The position numbers and the translations under genes are program-made. From Bacillota bacterium (GTDB lineage: Bacteria > Bacillota > Dehalobacteriia > UBA4068), in assembly GCA_050942825.1 (NCBI GenBank), contig JBMNOA010000003.1, positions 12 through 64,011 on the forward strand: a DNA stretch of 64,000 nt, given 5' to 3'. Positions 48,356 to 58,891 of the stretch are shown one piece after another; the first letter of the stretch is position 1, and every line of letters starts with the position of its first letter. The notes under the pieces were generated by a model. The model did no database searches and was not told where the DNA came from. It was given only the letters and a program-made list of their open reading frames with translations.

Positions 48356-49070
48356 AGAAGGCTCAGATAATGCCGGTAGATGGCTTATTACTTATGCGGA
48401 CATAATGAACAATCTGCTGATCCTTTTCATCATGTTATACGCGATGAGTATGATTGATTTGGAAAAATTCGAAAGACTAAAAGAAGAATTGCAAAGCTCC
48501 CTTAATCAGACCGAAATAGTTGAGCAAATACCAACTGAATCAGAGCAGGAGCAGATAATTATGGATGAGATAGAGGGTAAAGATGAATTTGATGCCATTT
48601 ATACAGTCCTTAAGAAGGAAGTAAGCAATAGAGGTTATGAAGATAGTATCATGATTGAAAGAGGCCCCAATTATATCCGTTTACGCTTTGGGGACAGCGT
48701 TCTTTTTTATCCCGATAGCCCAGAATTCAAGCCGGAAAGCATAGGAATATTACAGGATATTGGCACTATTTTAAAAAGTGTGGACAATCTTATCCGCAAT
48801 ATAGAAATCGGCGGGCATACTGCCACCATAGGTGTTCCTACTACTAGTACTTTTGCTTGGGAGCTCTCGGCGGAACGTGCCATAGCAGTGCTTAAATTCA
48901 TGGTAGGAAAATGCCAATTGCCGGAATCCAAAATGTCGATTGCCGGGTACTCCAAATTCCAGCCTGTGGGAGATAATAATACCGAAGCCGGGCGTAAAAT
49001 GAACCGCAGGGTAGAAGTTAAGATCATCCGCCACCCTAAAACAGCAGTCAGTGAAAATGTGATAGAATAA
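48336..49070 (+). CDS. motB: flagellar motor stator protein MotB (OmpA-like peptidoglycan-binding C-terminus)
   Basis: N-terminal plug/TM (WLITYADIMNNLLILFIMLYA) and an OmpA-family C-terminal domain. Overlaps motA by 20 nt. Confidence 0.88.
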   Translation: MKRRTDKEGSDNAGRWLITYADIMNNLLILFIMLYAMSMIDLEKFERLKEELQSSLNQTEIVEQIPTESEQEQIIMDEIEGKDEFDAIYTVLKKEVSNRGYEDSIMIERGPNYIRLRFGDSVLFYPDSPEFKPESIGILQDIGTILKSVDNLIRNIEIGGHTATIGVPTTSTFAWELSAERAIAVLKFMVGKCQLPESKMSIAGYSKFQPVGDNNTEAGRKMNRRVEVKIIRHPKTAVSENVIE

Positions 49071-49154
49071 CGACTATGGTCTCCTTTTCTCATAAAGGTA
49101 TAATATTCCCTCTCAAATATTTTAAAACGGTAAGTAATCCAACTTTTACTCAAT

Positions 49155-49186
49155 GGTATGGCATCAACTGTCATACCATTTTTTTA
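49155..49186 (+). terminator. rho-independent terminator after motB
   Basis: ggtatggca-tcaac-tgtcatacc followed by a T7 run. Confidence 0.65.
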
Positions 49187-49330
49187 AAATATTATATAAT
49201 CAACGGCTTATAGGTGCTTTGTTATGGTACTAAGAATATCTCATAAAATAATTGCAAAAAAAGAAAAAACAGGCTATATTTATAAATAATAATATGATTG
49301 TAAAAAAATTATCAGAAAGAGGGATAGCCT

Positions 49331-50329
49331 ATGAAAAAGATTTTTAGCATTATGCTAATAGTATTTCTGTGCTTGGGACTTTTAGCTGCTTGCGGAAATG
49401 AAGCAACAGAGAAAAACGACAATACGGCAGATAAAGCTACAATAAAAATAGCCTCCTTAAAAGGTCCTACCACCATGGGCATGGTAAAATTAATGTCTGA
49501 TAACGAAGCGGGACAAGCATTAAATAATTATGAATTCCAGATAATGGGTACAGCCGATGAAATTGTCACAAAGATCGTCTCCGGAGAAATAGATGCTGCG
49601 GCAGTGCCTTGTAATTTAGCCTCTGTTTTATATAACAAAACTAATGGAGGTATAAAAATCTCCGCTATCAATACCTTAGGCGTATTGTACATTGTAGAAA
49701 ACAGTGATAAAATTAACTCTATAGAAGACCTGAAGGGCATGACTATCTATACAACAGGAAAGGGAACTACGCCTGAATATATACTTAATTATATATTAAG
49801 TGCAAACGGTATTGATCCTAAAAAAGATGTTACGATAGAATTTAAATCCGAATCCACAGAACTGGCCACTCTATTGAGCCAGGACCAGGATATTGTGGCT
49901 ATGCTTCCTGAACCTTATGTCACTACGGCTAAGTCTAAAAACGACAAATTACGTGTGGCTTTAAATATGACTGAGGAATGGGATAAAACGGTTGGCCAAG
50001 GCGGCAGCTCTATGGTGACCGGAGTGTTAATCGTAAGAAATGATTTCTTGCAAGAAAATGAAGAAGCCTGGAAAAACTTTTTGAGTGAATACAAGGCTTC
50101 TACTCAATATGTCAATAATAATGTGGCGGATGCTGCAGCTTTGGTTGGTAAGTATGAAATAGCTCCACAACCGGTGGCCGAAAAAGTAATACCTAATTGT
50201 AATATCACTTATATAGATGGAACGGATATGCAAACGAAAGTTTCAGGATATTTACAGGTTTTATTTGAACAAGATCCGAAGTCCATAGGAGGAAAACTCC
50301 CAGATGCTCAATTCTACTACATCCAGTAA
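49331..50329 (+). CDS. ABC transporter substrate-binding lipoprotein, NMT1/THI5-like (NitT/TauT family)
   Basis: Lipobox LLAACGN. NMT1-like periplasmic binding fold. Followed by a cognate permease and ATPase. Confidence 0.65.
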   Translation: MKKIFSIMLIVFLCLGLLAACGNEATEKNDNTADKATIKIASLKGPTTMGMVKLMSDNEAGQALNNYEFQIMGTADEIVTKIVSGEIDAAAVPCNLASVLYNKTNGGIKISAINTLGVLYIVENSDKINSIEDLKGMTIYTTGKGTTPEYILNYILSANGIDPKKDVTIEFKSESTELATLLSQDQDIVAMLPEPYVTTAKSKNDKLRVALNMTEEWDKTVGQGGSSMVTGVLIVRNDFLQENEEAWKNFLSEYKASTQYVNNNVADAAALVGKYEIAPQPVAEKVIPNCNITYIDGTDMQTKVSGYLQVLFEQDPKSIGGKLPDAQFYYIQ

Positions 50330-51095
50330 TTCTGACAAAAAGAGACGATGGCAAATATTCTTTGCCATCGTTTTTTGGATTGCCTTGTGGCAATTTGCTA
50401 GTTCACAGATAGGTGAGGAGATCCTTTTAGTTTCTCCTTGGGTTGTGCTGAAAACGCTTGTTGAACTTGTTCGGCAAACAGATTTTTGGCAAGCCATATC
50501 ATTTTCCTTTTTCCGGATTGTTTTAGGATTTATTATTGCTGTGGTATGCGGGGTAGGCCTGGCAATTTTATCATCACAAATTTACTGGATTAAGGTATTG
50601 GTCAACCCTCTGGCCTCGGTAGTGAAATCTACTCCTGTGGCTTCTTTTATCATTTTGGCCCTCATCTGGATTACTTCGAAAAACCTTTCTGTATTCATTT
50701 CTTTTCTGATGGTTTTTCCGATTATTTATACTAATACATTACATGGTATATTGAATACAGATAAAAAAATGTTGGAGATGGCACAAGTCTTTCATATCAG
50801 CGCGGGGAAAAAGTTCCTAAATATATATTTGCCTGAAGTAATGCCCTTTTTTGTTTCAGCTTGCTCTGTTTCTCTGGGTATCTGTTGGAAATCAGGTATT
50901 GCGGCCGAAGTTATTGGTTTGCCCAGCGGTTCTATCGGTGAGAAATTATATCACGCCAAAATTTATCTTAATACTGGTGATCTTTTTGCCTGGACTGCTG
51001 TGATTATATTGATCAGTATCTTGTTTGAAAAAGTGTTCCTTTCCCTTTTACAAAGGCTGCAGGTTAGAATAGAGGGGACAGGTGAGAAAAATTGA
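50304..51095 (+). CDS. ABC transporter permease (NitT/TauT family)
   Basis: Six TM helices and an EAA-like loop region. Overlaps the binding-protein gene. Confidence 0.8.
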   Translation: MLNSTTSSNSDKKRRWQIFFAIVFWIALWQFASSQIGEEILLVSPWVVLKTLVELVRQTDFWQAISFSFFRIVLGFIIAVVCGVGLAILSSQIYWIKVLVNPLASVVKSTPVASFIILALIWITSKNLSVFISFLMVFPIIYTNTLHGILNTDKKMLEMAQVFHISAGKKFLNIYLPEVMPFFVSACSVSLGICWKSGIAAEVIGLPSGSIGEKLYHAKIYLNTGDLFAWTAVIILISILFEKVFLSLLQRLQVRIEGTGEKN

Positions 51096-51700
51096 CACCA
51101 AATGCTATTAAAGTGGAAAAACTAAACAAAGCTTTTGGAGAAAAAATAGTGCTCAAAGATTATAGCGCTGAATTTCCTGTTGGAGAAATCACCTGTATCA
51201 TGGGCCCTTCAGGCTGCGGAAAAACCACACTAATGCATATTATGCTGGGTTTGATCAAAGCAGATAGCGGGAAAATATCGGGCCTTGAAGGCAAAAAAAT
51301 CACGGCCGTTTTTCAGGAAGACCGTCTCTGTAAAAATCTTAACGCAGTAGCCAATATTGCTATGGTCTGTCCCAAAAGTATTGGCAAAGAGCAAATAATA
51401 GAAAATCTTGCGCAAGTAGGTCTTAAAGGAGATAGTATTACCCGACCGGTAGTTAAGTTGAGCGGTGGTATGAAAAGGCGTGTAGCACTGGTAAGAGCTA
51501 TAATGCCCGAATCAGATTGTATCTTCATGGATGAACCTTTTAAAGGTTTGGATGAAATAACACGTAAAATGATTATTAATTACGTTAAACATCATACCCA
51601 GGGTAAAACATTGCTTATTATCACGCATGATCTCAATGATATCAGAGACTTGAAAGCTAATTTGATAAAGATGCCACTAGTTTCTGCGATGGATAAATAA
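51092..51700 (+). CDS. ABC transporter ATP-binding protein (short, no extra C-terminal domain)
   Basis: Walker A GPSGCGKTT, signature LSGGMKRR and Walker B IFMDEP. Confidence 0.88.
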   Translation: MTPNAIKVEKLNKAFGEKIVLKDYSAEFPVGEITCIMGPSGCGKTTLMHIMLGLIKADSGKISGLEGKKITAVFQEDRLCKNLNAVANIAMVCPKSIGKEQIIENLAQVGLKGDSITRPVVKLSGGMKRRVALVRAIMPESDCIFMDEPFKGLDEITRKMIINYVKHHTQGKTLLIITHDLNDIRDLKANLIKMPLVSAMDK

Positions 51701-51878
51701 TATTCAAATATTTCAGTCATATATTTTATATGGGTATTTAGTAAGATAAATAATATACAGAGGGTGTATATTTTATTTTAAGTGAAAAATGTATTGAAAA
51801 AAGAATATTATTGTCTTATAATAAAACATGATTGTAAAGAAACAAAAGATTATGCTGCAATTTGAAAGGAGATCAAAA

Positions 51879-52742
51879 ATGAAAAAGAAACTGTCTTTGT
51901 TACTCGTAGGCATCCTGCTTCTGGTAGCAGTATTTGCTCTCAGTGCTTGCGATAACAGCAATGTAACAGGCAATCCTCCAGCAGTTGCCCCGGAAAATCA
52001 AGTCATTCGCGTTTCAACCACCACATCGGTAAATGATTCCGGACTTTTGCCTTATTTGCAACAGGATTTTGAAGCAGAAACAGAATATAAACTTGAAATC
52101 ACCTCCAATGGTACAGGTGCCGCTATCAAATTAGGCGAAACAGGTGATGCAGATGTTTTGCTTGTGCATGCCAAAGCATCTGAGGAAGAATTTGTCGCTA
52201 ATGGTTATGGCATAGAACGTATTCCCTTTATGTATAACTACTTTGTCATTGTTGGCCCGGCTGAAGATGCAGCTGCTGTTAAAGAAACCGCAAATGCTGC
52301 GGACGCTTTTAAAGCTATTGCAACATACGGTAAAACTGATTTTGTTTCTCGTGGCGATGATTCCGGTACCAATAAAGCAGAACTTAAAATCTGGGATGCT
52401 GCCGGTATAGATCCAACCAGCAATGCTTGGTACGTTTCTGCTGGGGCCGGCATGGGTGCTGTTCTCAATCAAGCTAATGAGCGTCAAGCATATACTTTTA
52501 CTGATAAAGGAACCTACCTTTCCATGAAAAATAATCTCAAATTAGATTTATTGCTTGAAGAATCCGAAGACCTGAAAAATACTTATTCATTAATTGCCGT
52601 CAACCCAGAAAAGAACCAAGGTATTAATGCAGAAGGCGCACAAGCCTTTATTGAATGGATGACATCCGATAAAACTTTAGAAAAAATATCCACTTACGGA
52701 GTAGAGGAATATGGCGCTCCTCTGTTTTATCCTCTTGACTAA
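51879..52742 (+). CDS. tupA: tungstate ABC transporter substrate-binding protein TupA-like (lipoprotein)
   Basis: Lipobox LSAC. TTTS motif (RVSTTTSVNDSGLL) characteristic of TupA. ATG at 51879 with RBS AAGGAG. Confidence 0.75.
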   Translation: MKKKLSLLLVGILLLVAVFALSACDNSNVTGNPPAVAPENQVIRVSTTTSVNDSGLLPYLQQDFEAETEYKLEITSNGTGAAIKLGETGDADVLLVHAKASEEEFVANGYGIERIPFMYNYFVIVGPAEDAAAVKETANAADAFKAIATYGKTDFVSRGDDSGTNKAELKIWDAAGIDPTSNAWYVSAGAGMGAVLNQANERQAYTFTDKGTYLSMKNNLKLDLLLEESEDLKNTYSLIAVNPEKNQGINAEGAQAFIEWMTSDKTLEKISTYGVEEYGAPLFYPLD

Positions 52743-52853
52743 CAAAATATATAAAACCTCATAAATGCATAAGGGGCATGCAAAAGCATGCCCCTTTGTT
52801 TGGTATAACAGAATAAACATATTTCTATGCAGTATCTAATATAAATCAACAGG

Positions 52854-53546
52854 TTGGGGAAAAATATGGAAACTTTTATTAACGCATTACAATTAATTTT
52901 TGGCGCTGACAATGAATTGCGTCAAATTATTGGCGTTACATTGCAAATGTCATTAACAAGTACAACTATTTCTTCCCTTATCGGTATACCTATAGGAATT
53001 TTTCTTGGTTTGTATAAATTTACAGGAAAAAGCTTTGTAATGCGTATTATTAATACGCTGATGGCAATGCCCCCTGTGGTAGCGGGTCTGATAGTTTTTA
53101 TGATTTTATCACGTCAAGGACCATTGGGTAGTTTTGGTCTCTTATTTTCGGTAACGGCTATGGTTATTGCGCAAGTGCTTTTAATTACGCCTATTATTGC
53201 CGGTCTTACCGCTTCCCTGGTGGGAACAAAAGCACCACAAATGTTGGAAACTACTGCTGGTATTGCCTTGAGCCGTCGTCAAGAGTTGCTTTTGATGATC
53301 AATGAATGCAAAAGTCAGTTAGTTTTTTTCTTTTTGACTGGCTTCGGACGAGCTATAGCAGAGGTAGGAGCAGTACATTTGGTAGGGGGCAATGTCCAGT
53401 TTAAAACCAGAGTAATGACTACCGCCATTATGTTGGAAACTAATAAGGGTAATTTTGAGTTTGCTATCGCACTGGGGGTTGTGCTTTTGATCATTGCTTT
53501 TGTCGTCAATTCAATAGGTTATAGATTTCAGGGTGAAAAAAAATGA
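52854..53546 (+). CDS. tupB: tungstate/molybdate-type ABC transporter permease TupB-like
   Basis: 230-aa polytopic permease immediately after tupA. Confidence 0.75.
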   Translation: MGKNMETFINALQLIFGADNELRQIIGVTLQMSLTSTTISSLIGIPIGIFLGLYKFTGKSFVMRIINTLMAMPPVVAGLIVFMILSRQGPLGSFGLLFSVTAMVIAQVLLITPIIAGLTASLVGTKAPQMLETTAGIALSRRQELLLMINECKSQLVFFFLTGFGRAIAEVGAVHLVGGNVQFKTRVMTTAIMLETNKGNFEFAIALGVVLLIIAFVVNSIGYRFQGEKK

Positions 53547-54223
53547 TTAAACTAACCGGTCTTAAAAAAATATATGCCCCAAGAACTGTACTTGATATTA
53601 AGGAGTTTTCTTTTGAGCAGGGTAAAAAATATGCCCTTATCGGCCCGAACGGTTGTGGAAAATCTACTTTTTTACGTATTTTAGCTGGTATAATTAAGCC
53701 TGATCTGGGTAAAATTGAGATTGATATCGATAAAGAAGAAATTGGTTATATGCCACAAAAACCGTATATTTTTTCCTTTAGTGCTTATAAAAATGTTATG
53801 ATTTCTATTAAAAGCGGCAGTCAGGAAGAAAAAGATAAACTGGTTAAATGGGCCCTAGAGGCCGTTAATATGCAGGATTTTGCTCAGAGTAAGGGTGTCG
53901 GCCTTTCCGGAGGAGAGGCGCAGCGATTAGCTTTTGCACGGATGATCGTTTGCCGCCGTAAATTGCTTTTATTGGATGAACCGACATCGGCAACTGATAT
54001 AGCTGGTCATGAATTATTGGAAAAATTATTAAAACAATATGCCGAGGATACGGGATGTACGGTTATCTTTGCTACGCATTCTTTAGTTCAGGCCAAATTA
54101 CTTGCCGATTATATAATCATGATGAATGAGGGCACTATAGCCGAAATAGGTCCGCCGGCGCAATTACTGGAAAACCCTGTTCATAAAGCTACAAAAGCCT
54201 TTTTAAAACATTGGAGGTTATAA
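53543..54223 (+). CDS. tupC: ABC transporter ATP-binding protein TupC-like
   Basis: Walker A GPNGCGKST, signature LSGGEAQR and Walker B LLLDEPTS. Confidence 0.8.
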   Translation: MIKLTGLKKIYAPRTVLDIKEFSFEQGKKYALIGPNGCGKSTFLRILAGIIKPDLGKIEIDIDKEEIGYMPQKPYIFSFSAYKNVMISIKSGSQEEKDKLVKWALEAVNMQDFAQSKGVGLSGGEAQRLAFARMIVCRRKLLLLDEPTSATDIAGHELLEKLLKQYAEDTGCTVIFATHSLVQAKLLADYIIMMNEGTIAEIGPPAQLLENPVHKATKAFLKHWRL

Positions 54224-54224
54224 A

Positions 54225-55448
54225 ATGCTTAATGTTAAAACCCCGCCGCAAGCCATGCAGATAATTAAAGATAATTTTGGCCGGCTGAATTTGCCTGTAG
54301 AAAGTGTTAGTCTTAATCAAGCTTTAGGCAGAACGCTGGCCCAAGATATTATATCTCAAGAATTTGTGCCGGCCTTTGACCGTTCTATGGTAGATGGGTT
54401 TGCCGTTATGGCCGCAGATACTTTTGGCTGTTCAGAAACCATTCCGGCTATGCTGGACAATAAAGGCGAAGTTTTGATGGGACAAGGAGCTTCTATTACT
54501 ATTACTAAAGGTCAAGCTGTTTATGTGCCTACCGGGGGACAAATCCCCCGCGGGGCTGATGCCATGGTTATGATAGAGTATACGGAAGATTATGATGATG
54601 GTTTGATCTATATACAAAAACCTTCGGCGCCCGGGCAGCATATATCTTTTAAAGGTGATGATATAAAACCGGGTGAGCTTATCCTAAAGGCCGGTAAGGT
54701 TATTAAAGCCAAGGATATCGGAGCCTTGGCTGCTTTGGGATATCAAGAGATCAATGTCAGGCAAAGACCCAAAATCGGCATTATATCCACGGGTGATGAA
54801 TTGATAGATATAACGGAAACGCCCAAAAACAGTCAGATCAGGGATATCAATAGCTCAATGTTGGCAGCAGCCATAGCCGCTCTAGCGGGGGAGCCGCTTC
54901 TTTTAGGCATTATCCGTGATAAATATGACTTGCTTAAATCGGCTATTACCGCCAATATTGATGATTGTGATATGCTTTTAATCTCCGGCGGCAGCTCTGT
55001 AGGCAGCAGAGATGTTACTTATAAAGTTCTTGATGATCTAGGAGATAAAGGCGTCTTATTGCATGGCATAGCCATCAAACCCGGTAAACCCACTATTGTG
55101 GGCTCCGTAAAAGGCAAACCTGTATTTGGACTGCCGGGACACCCGGTTTCCGCGTATTTTATTTTTCATCTCTTTGTCCGACCGCTTATTTACGCTCTAT
55201 TGGGTAACTCTTATCAAGACCACAGTATCTATGCTAAAATGATTACTAATCTACCCTCTAATCACGGACGGGAAGAGTATGTTGCCGTAGCGCTGGAAAA
55301 TAGCTCTCAGGGCTTGATTGTACGTCCCATCATCAGTAAATCAGGCATGATTTCCGTGCTTTCACAAGCGGACGGATATATCAAAATAGACAGAGACTGT
55401 GAGGGCATAGACAAGGATTCGCGAGTAGAGGTCTTTTTGTTCAGCTAA
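54225..55448 (+). CDS. moeA: molybdopterin molybdenum/tungsten-transferase MoeA
   Basis: MoeA N-terminal domain, MoCF-biosynthesis domain (ISTGDELID...LISGGSSVGSRD) and MoeA C-terminal domain. 407 aa. Confidence 0.88.
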   Translation: MLNVKTPPQAMQIIKDNFGRLNLPVESVSLNQALGRTLAQDIISQEFVPAFDRSMVDGFAVMAADTFGCSETIPAMLDNKGEVLMGQGASITITKGQAVYVPTGGQIPRGADAMVMIEYTEDYDDGLIYIQKPSAPGQHISFKGDDIKPGELILKAGKVIKAKDIGALAALGYQEINVRQRPKIGIISTGDELIDITETPKNSQIRDINSSMLAAAIAALAGEPLLLGIIRDKYDLLKSAITANIDDCDMLLISGGSSVGSRDVTYKVLDDLGDKGVLLHGIAIKPGKPTIVGSVKGKPVFGLPGHPVSAYFIFHLFVRPLIYALLGNSYQDHSIYAKMITNLPSNHGREEYVAVALENSSQGLIVRPIISKSGMISVLSQADGYIKIDRDCEGIDKDSRVEVFLFS

Positions 55449-55471
55449 AAATGTGTCTGGAGGTATAAAAA

Positions 55472-57382
55472 ATGCATTATCAGTATTTGACTAATAAACC
55501 GCTGGATGCGGCTATCAATGATTATTTGGAGTGCTTGATGGCGGGCGGTATGAGTTATAAAAAAGAATATATTACCGTTGGTGCTTCTTTAGGCAGAATA
55601 ACTGCTACGGCGATTTATGCTAAGATTTGTTCACCCCATTATAATGCTGCCGCCATGGATGGTATTGCCCTCAAAGCACAGATTACTTTCGGCGCTACCG
55701 AAACGACACCTGTAATACTGACAACAGATGATTTTATAGTGGTTGATACGGGTGATCCCATTCCTCATGATTGTGATGCCGTAATTATGATCGAGGATGT
55801 GGTATATGATGATAACGGTCAGATAAAAATTTATAAGGCTGCTTCTCCCTGGCAACACATGCGCCAAATAGGAGAAGATATTTCCGCCGGGGATATGATA
55901 CTTCCCTCCCTTACCCCTATCACACCCGCTGCTATGGGCGCAATGTTGGCAGCTGGGATTTCCGGGATCGAAGTAGTCAAAAAGCCCTTGGTGGGCATTA
56001 TACCTACAGGGGATGAAATTATAGCGCCTTGCGCTAATCCCGCTCCTGGAGACATTATGGAATTTAATTCCACTATTTTTGGCGCTATGCTTCAGGAATG
56101 GGGAGCAGAAAGTAAGACCTACCCCATTATTAAAGACCGGCTAGACCTTATAAAAGAAGCTCTACAAAAAGCGTCTGACGAATGTGATCTGGTTATCATT
56201 AATGCCGGCTCATCGGCCGGTCGTGAGGATTTTACTGCGCAAGCCATCAGCGAAATAGGAGAAGTATGTTTACATGGAATTGCTATCAAACCTGGTAAAC
56301 CAGCTATTTTGGGCAGAATCAGGTTCAAACCGGTTATAGGAGTTCCCGGCTATCCCGTATCGGGAATTATTGTATTACAGCAAATATTAAAACCTGTACT
56401 AGATAGGTTATGTGGTTATATACCTTCACATAACAGCCAATTGAAAGCTGTGACAGGCAAAAAGATCAATTCCTCTTTAAAGTACCGTGAATTTGTCCGT
56501 ACGCTGGTTGGTTATGTGGATAATAATTTTATTGCCGTACCTCTCAATCGGGGGGCAGGTGTGGTTACCTCTTTTATCAAAGCAGATGGCATCATAGATA
56601 TTCCGCAGGATTGTGAAGGATATGAGATAGGAGATACGGTACAAGTGCAGCTTTTGCGCCCTTTAGAGGATATCAAAAAAACTCTCTGTGTTATAGGCAG
56701 CCATGATCCTTTAATCGATGAAATTGCTGACATCATGAGGCAAAAATCGCCGCTCAATATGGTAAATTCCTCACATGTGGGCAGCATGGGTGCTATTATG
56801 TCCATAAAAAGAGGGCAAGCACATTTGGGCGGTATACATCTTTTGGATGAGGAAAGCGGACAATACAATATACCTTATATCAAGCGATATTTTCCTCAGG
56901 GCGGTGTGATTGTTATAGAAGGCGTACAGAGGCAACAAGGCTTTATGGTGGCTGCGGGTAATCCTAAAGGCATCGAGAACTGGTCCGACATTGTCGAGAA
57001 AAACCTTTCTTATGTTAATCGACAAAAAGGTTCCGGCACACGTATTTTAGCTGACTATTTGACTAAAAAAGCGGGTATAGACAACTCACAAATATACGGT
57101 TATGAACGTGAGGAATTCACTCATACAGGCGTGGCTGCTGTGATCGCCGCCGGCGCTGCCGATGTGGGGCTGGGTATATATTCTGCAGCCCGGATCTATG
57201 GCTTGGATTTTATCCCCTTATATGATGAACAATATGATCTGCTCATCAATAAGGCGGCATGGGATTTACCCTCTGTGCAACTGTTTTGCGAGGTGCTTCA
57301 AGGGGCAGATCTTGCCAGACGCTTAGAAAAGATGGGTGGATATACTTTTAGCAAACCCGGACAAATAAGAATAGAACTGTAA
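55472..57382 (+). CDS. MoeA paralog fused to a C-terminal periplasmic-binding-protein-like (molybdate/tungstate-binding-type) domain
   Basis: Residues 1 to about 400 are MoeA-like (IIPTGDEII...INAGSSAGREDFT). Roughly 230 extra C-terminal residues have PBP-like character. 636 aa. Confidence 0.75.
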   Translation: MHYQYLTNKPLDAAINDYLECLMAGGMSYKKEYITVGASLGRITATAIYAKICSPHYNAAAMDGIALKAQITFGATETTPVILTTDDFIVVDTGDPIPHDCDAVIMIEDVVYDDNGQIKIYKAASPWQHMRQIGEDISAGDMILPSLTPITPAAMGAMLAAGISGIEVVKKPLVGIIPTGDEIIAPCANPAPGDIMEFNSTIFGAMLQEWGAESKTYPIIKDRLDLIKEALQKASDECDLVIINAGSSAGREDFTAQAISEIGEVCLHGIAIKPGKPAILGRIRFKPVIGVPGYPVSGIIVLQQILKPVLDRLCGYIPSHNSQLKAVTGKKINSSLKYREFVRTLVGYVDNNFIAVPLNRGAGVVTSFIKADGIIDIPQDCEGYEIGDTVQVQLLRPLEDIKKTLCVIGSHDPLIDEIADIMRQKSPLNMVNSSHVGSMGAIMSIKRGQAHLGGIHLLDEESGQYNIPYIKRYFPQGGVIVIEGVQRQQGFMVAAGNPKGIENWSDIVEKNLSYVNRQKGSGTRILADYLTKKAGIDNSQIYGYEREEFTHTGVAAVIAAGAADVGLGIYSAARIYGLDFIPLYDEQYDLLINKAAWDLPSVQLFCEVLQGADLARRLEKMGGYTFSKPGQIRIEL

Positions 57383-57390
57383 ATAACAAA

Positions 57391-57427
57391 AAACTCTAAG
57401 TAAATATTTACTTAGAGTTTTTTTTTG
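57391..57427 (+). terminator. rho-independent terminator after the moeA pair
   Basis: aaactctaagtaaa-tatt-tacttagagttt followed by a T9 run. Confidence 0.8.
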
Positions 57428-57805
57428 TAGAAAAACCTTTCACTGTCAGTTGAGCAATAAACCAGTTTTAAGCCTCAATTAATACCTAGAGAAGGGTTTG
57501 CCCACCAATCAAAAAAAGTGTTAGAAAATCTCGGTAGACGATAAACAAAACTTCGCAGGCGTAACTTCATTTAAAGATATTTTTCAGACAGTTTGCATTG
57601 CTTATAATAGGCAAAAGGGTATAATATCTACATTAAAACAAATTTTAATAATATTAATATTTCCTCATAATAATATAAACATATAATAATTAATGCCAAA
57701 TTTTTCAGTAGACATATTTATTGGTATAAGATTACTTATAGCAGGAAACACCAGTAAAAAGTCGAATTATATTTATAATAATTGTTATTAGCGGGAGAAT
57801 TAATT

Positions 57806-58879
57806 ATGAAGAGATTTCGCTTGGCTCCACAAATAATCCCAGCAGTAGACTATGATAAAGATACAGGGGCTTTATTGATTTTGGATCAAACTCTTTTGCC
57901 TAATGAAGAGAAGGTTTTGCGCCTGACTAAAAAAGAAGAGATCTGGCATGCCATAAACATCCTGCAAGTGAGAGGCGCTCCAGCTATTGGAATTGCCGCT
58001 GCTTTAGGATTGGCAATTATAGCCAAACAGATAAAAACTACTTACTATCATGAATTTATTGAAAAATTGCAAGAGGCCAAGGCTTATCTGGCATCATCCC
58101 GGCCTACGGCTGTTAATCTTTTTTGGGCTTTAAACAGATTAGAAGCCCTGGCCTTGAATAAATCTCATTTATCTGTTGAAGAAGTGAAGGAAGCTTTATT
58201 ATCGGAAGCACTTGCTATGTTGGAAGAGGATGTTGAGGTTTGTCGCAAAATCGGTGAATACGGACTAACCCTTTTGCAACCTAATATGGGGATTCTGACA
58301 CATTGTAATGCCGGCCAACTGGCGACTATACTTTATGGCACAGCCTTGGCACCTGTGTATTTAGGTCAGGAAAAGGGTTATAATTTCCGTCTTTTTGCTG
58401 ATGAGACCAGACCGCTACTGCAAGGCGCACGTTTAACCGCATATGAACTGACCAAAGCCGGTGTCGATACTACGTTGATCTGCGATAATATGGCTGCCAC
58501 GGTCATGAAAAACGGTTGGATACAGGCAATACTAGTAGGTTGTGACAGAGTAGCGGCCAATGGTGACGCAGCTAATAAAATAGGCACTTTGGGCGTAGCA
58601 ATTTTAGCCAAATATTATAATATCCCTTTTTATGTATGCGCACCTACTTCCACTATAGATATGGCTACCTCAACAGGTTCAGCTATTCATATTGAAGAAC
58701 GTGATGCCGAGGAAGTCAGCCAAATGTGGTATAAAAAACCTATGGCACCGCCAGCAGCAAAGATATTTAACCCCGCCTTTGATGTAACGGACAGCAGTCT
58801 CATTTCAGCAATTATTACGGAAAAGGGCATTGTCAGAGCGCCTTATCATGTCAATCTTAAGGATATATTAAAAGCATAA
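57806..58879 (+). CDS. mtnA: S-methyl-5-thioribose-1-phosphate isomerase family protein (MtnA / DrdI-like, eIF-2B-related)
   Basis: Full-length MtnA-family similarity (RGAPAIGIAAALGLA...CDRVAANGDAANKIGT). Start at MKRFRL (57806). Confidence 0.82.
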   Translation: MKRFRLAPQIIPAVDYDKDTGALLILDQTLLPNEEKVLRLTKKEEIWHAINILQVRGAPAIGIAAALGLAIIAKQIKTTYYHEFIEKLQEAKAYLASSRPTAVNLFWALNRLEALALNKSHLSVEEVKEALLSEALAMLEEDVEVCRKIGEYGLTLLQPNMGILTHCNAGQLATILYGTALAPVYLGQEKGYNFRLFADETRPLLQGARLTAYELTKAGVDTTLICDNMAATVMKNGWIQAILVGCDRVAANGDAANKIGTLGVAILAKYYNIPFYVCAPTSTIDMATSTGSAIHIEERDAEEVSQMWYKKPMAPPAAKIFNPAFDVTDSSLISAIITEKGIVRAPYHVNLKDILKA

Positions 58880-58891
58880 AAGGAGTATATT

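Noticed and set aside
49071-49330. Looked for a TPP riboswitch ahead of the NMT1/THI5-like ABC transporter (ThiXYZ-like)
   Set aside because: No CUGAGA or other THI-box core elements. The interval contains only the motB terminator and AT-rich promoter sequence.
51701-51878. Looked for a Moco/Wco riboswitch upstream of tupA
   Set aside because: The leader is strongly AT-rich with no GC-rich conserved stems.
57428-57805. Looked for an S-box (SAM-I) or T-box leader upstream of mtnA
   Set aside because: No GGCCC/ACCC S-box core and no AGGGTGGNACCGCG T-box motif. The region is AT-rich and unstructured by eye.
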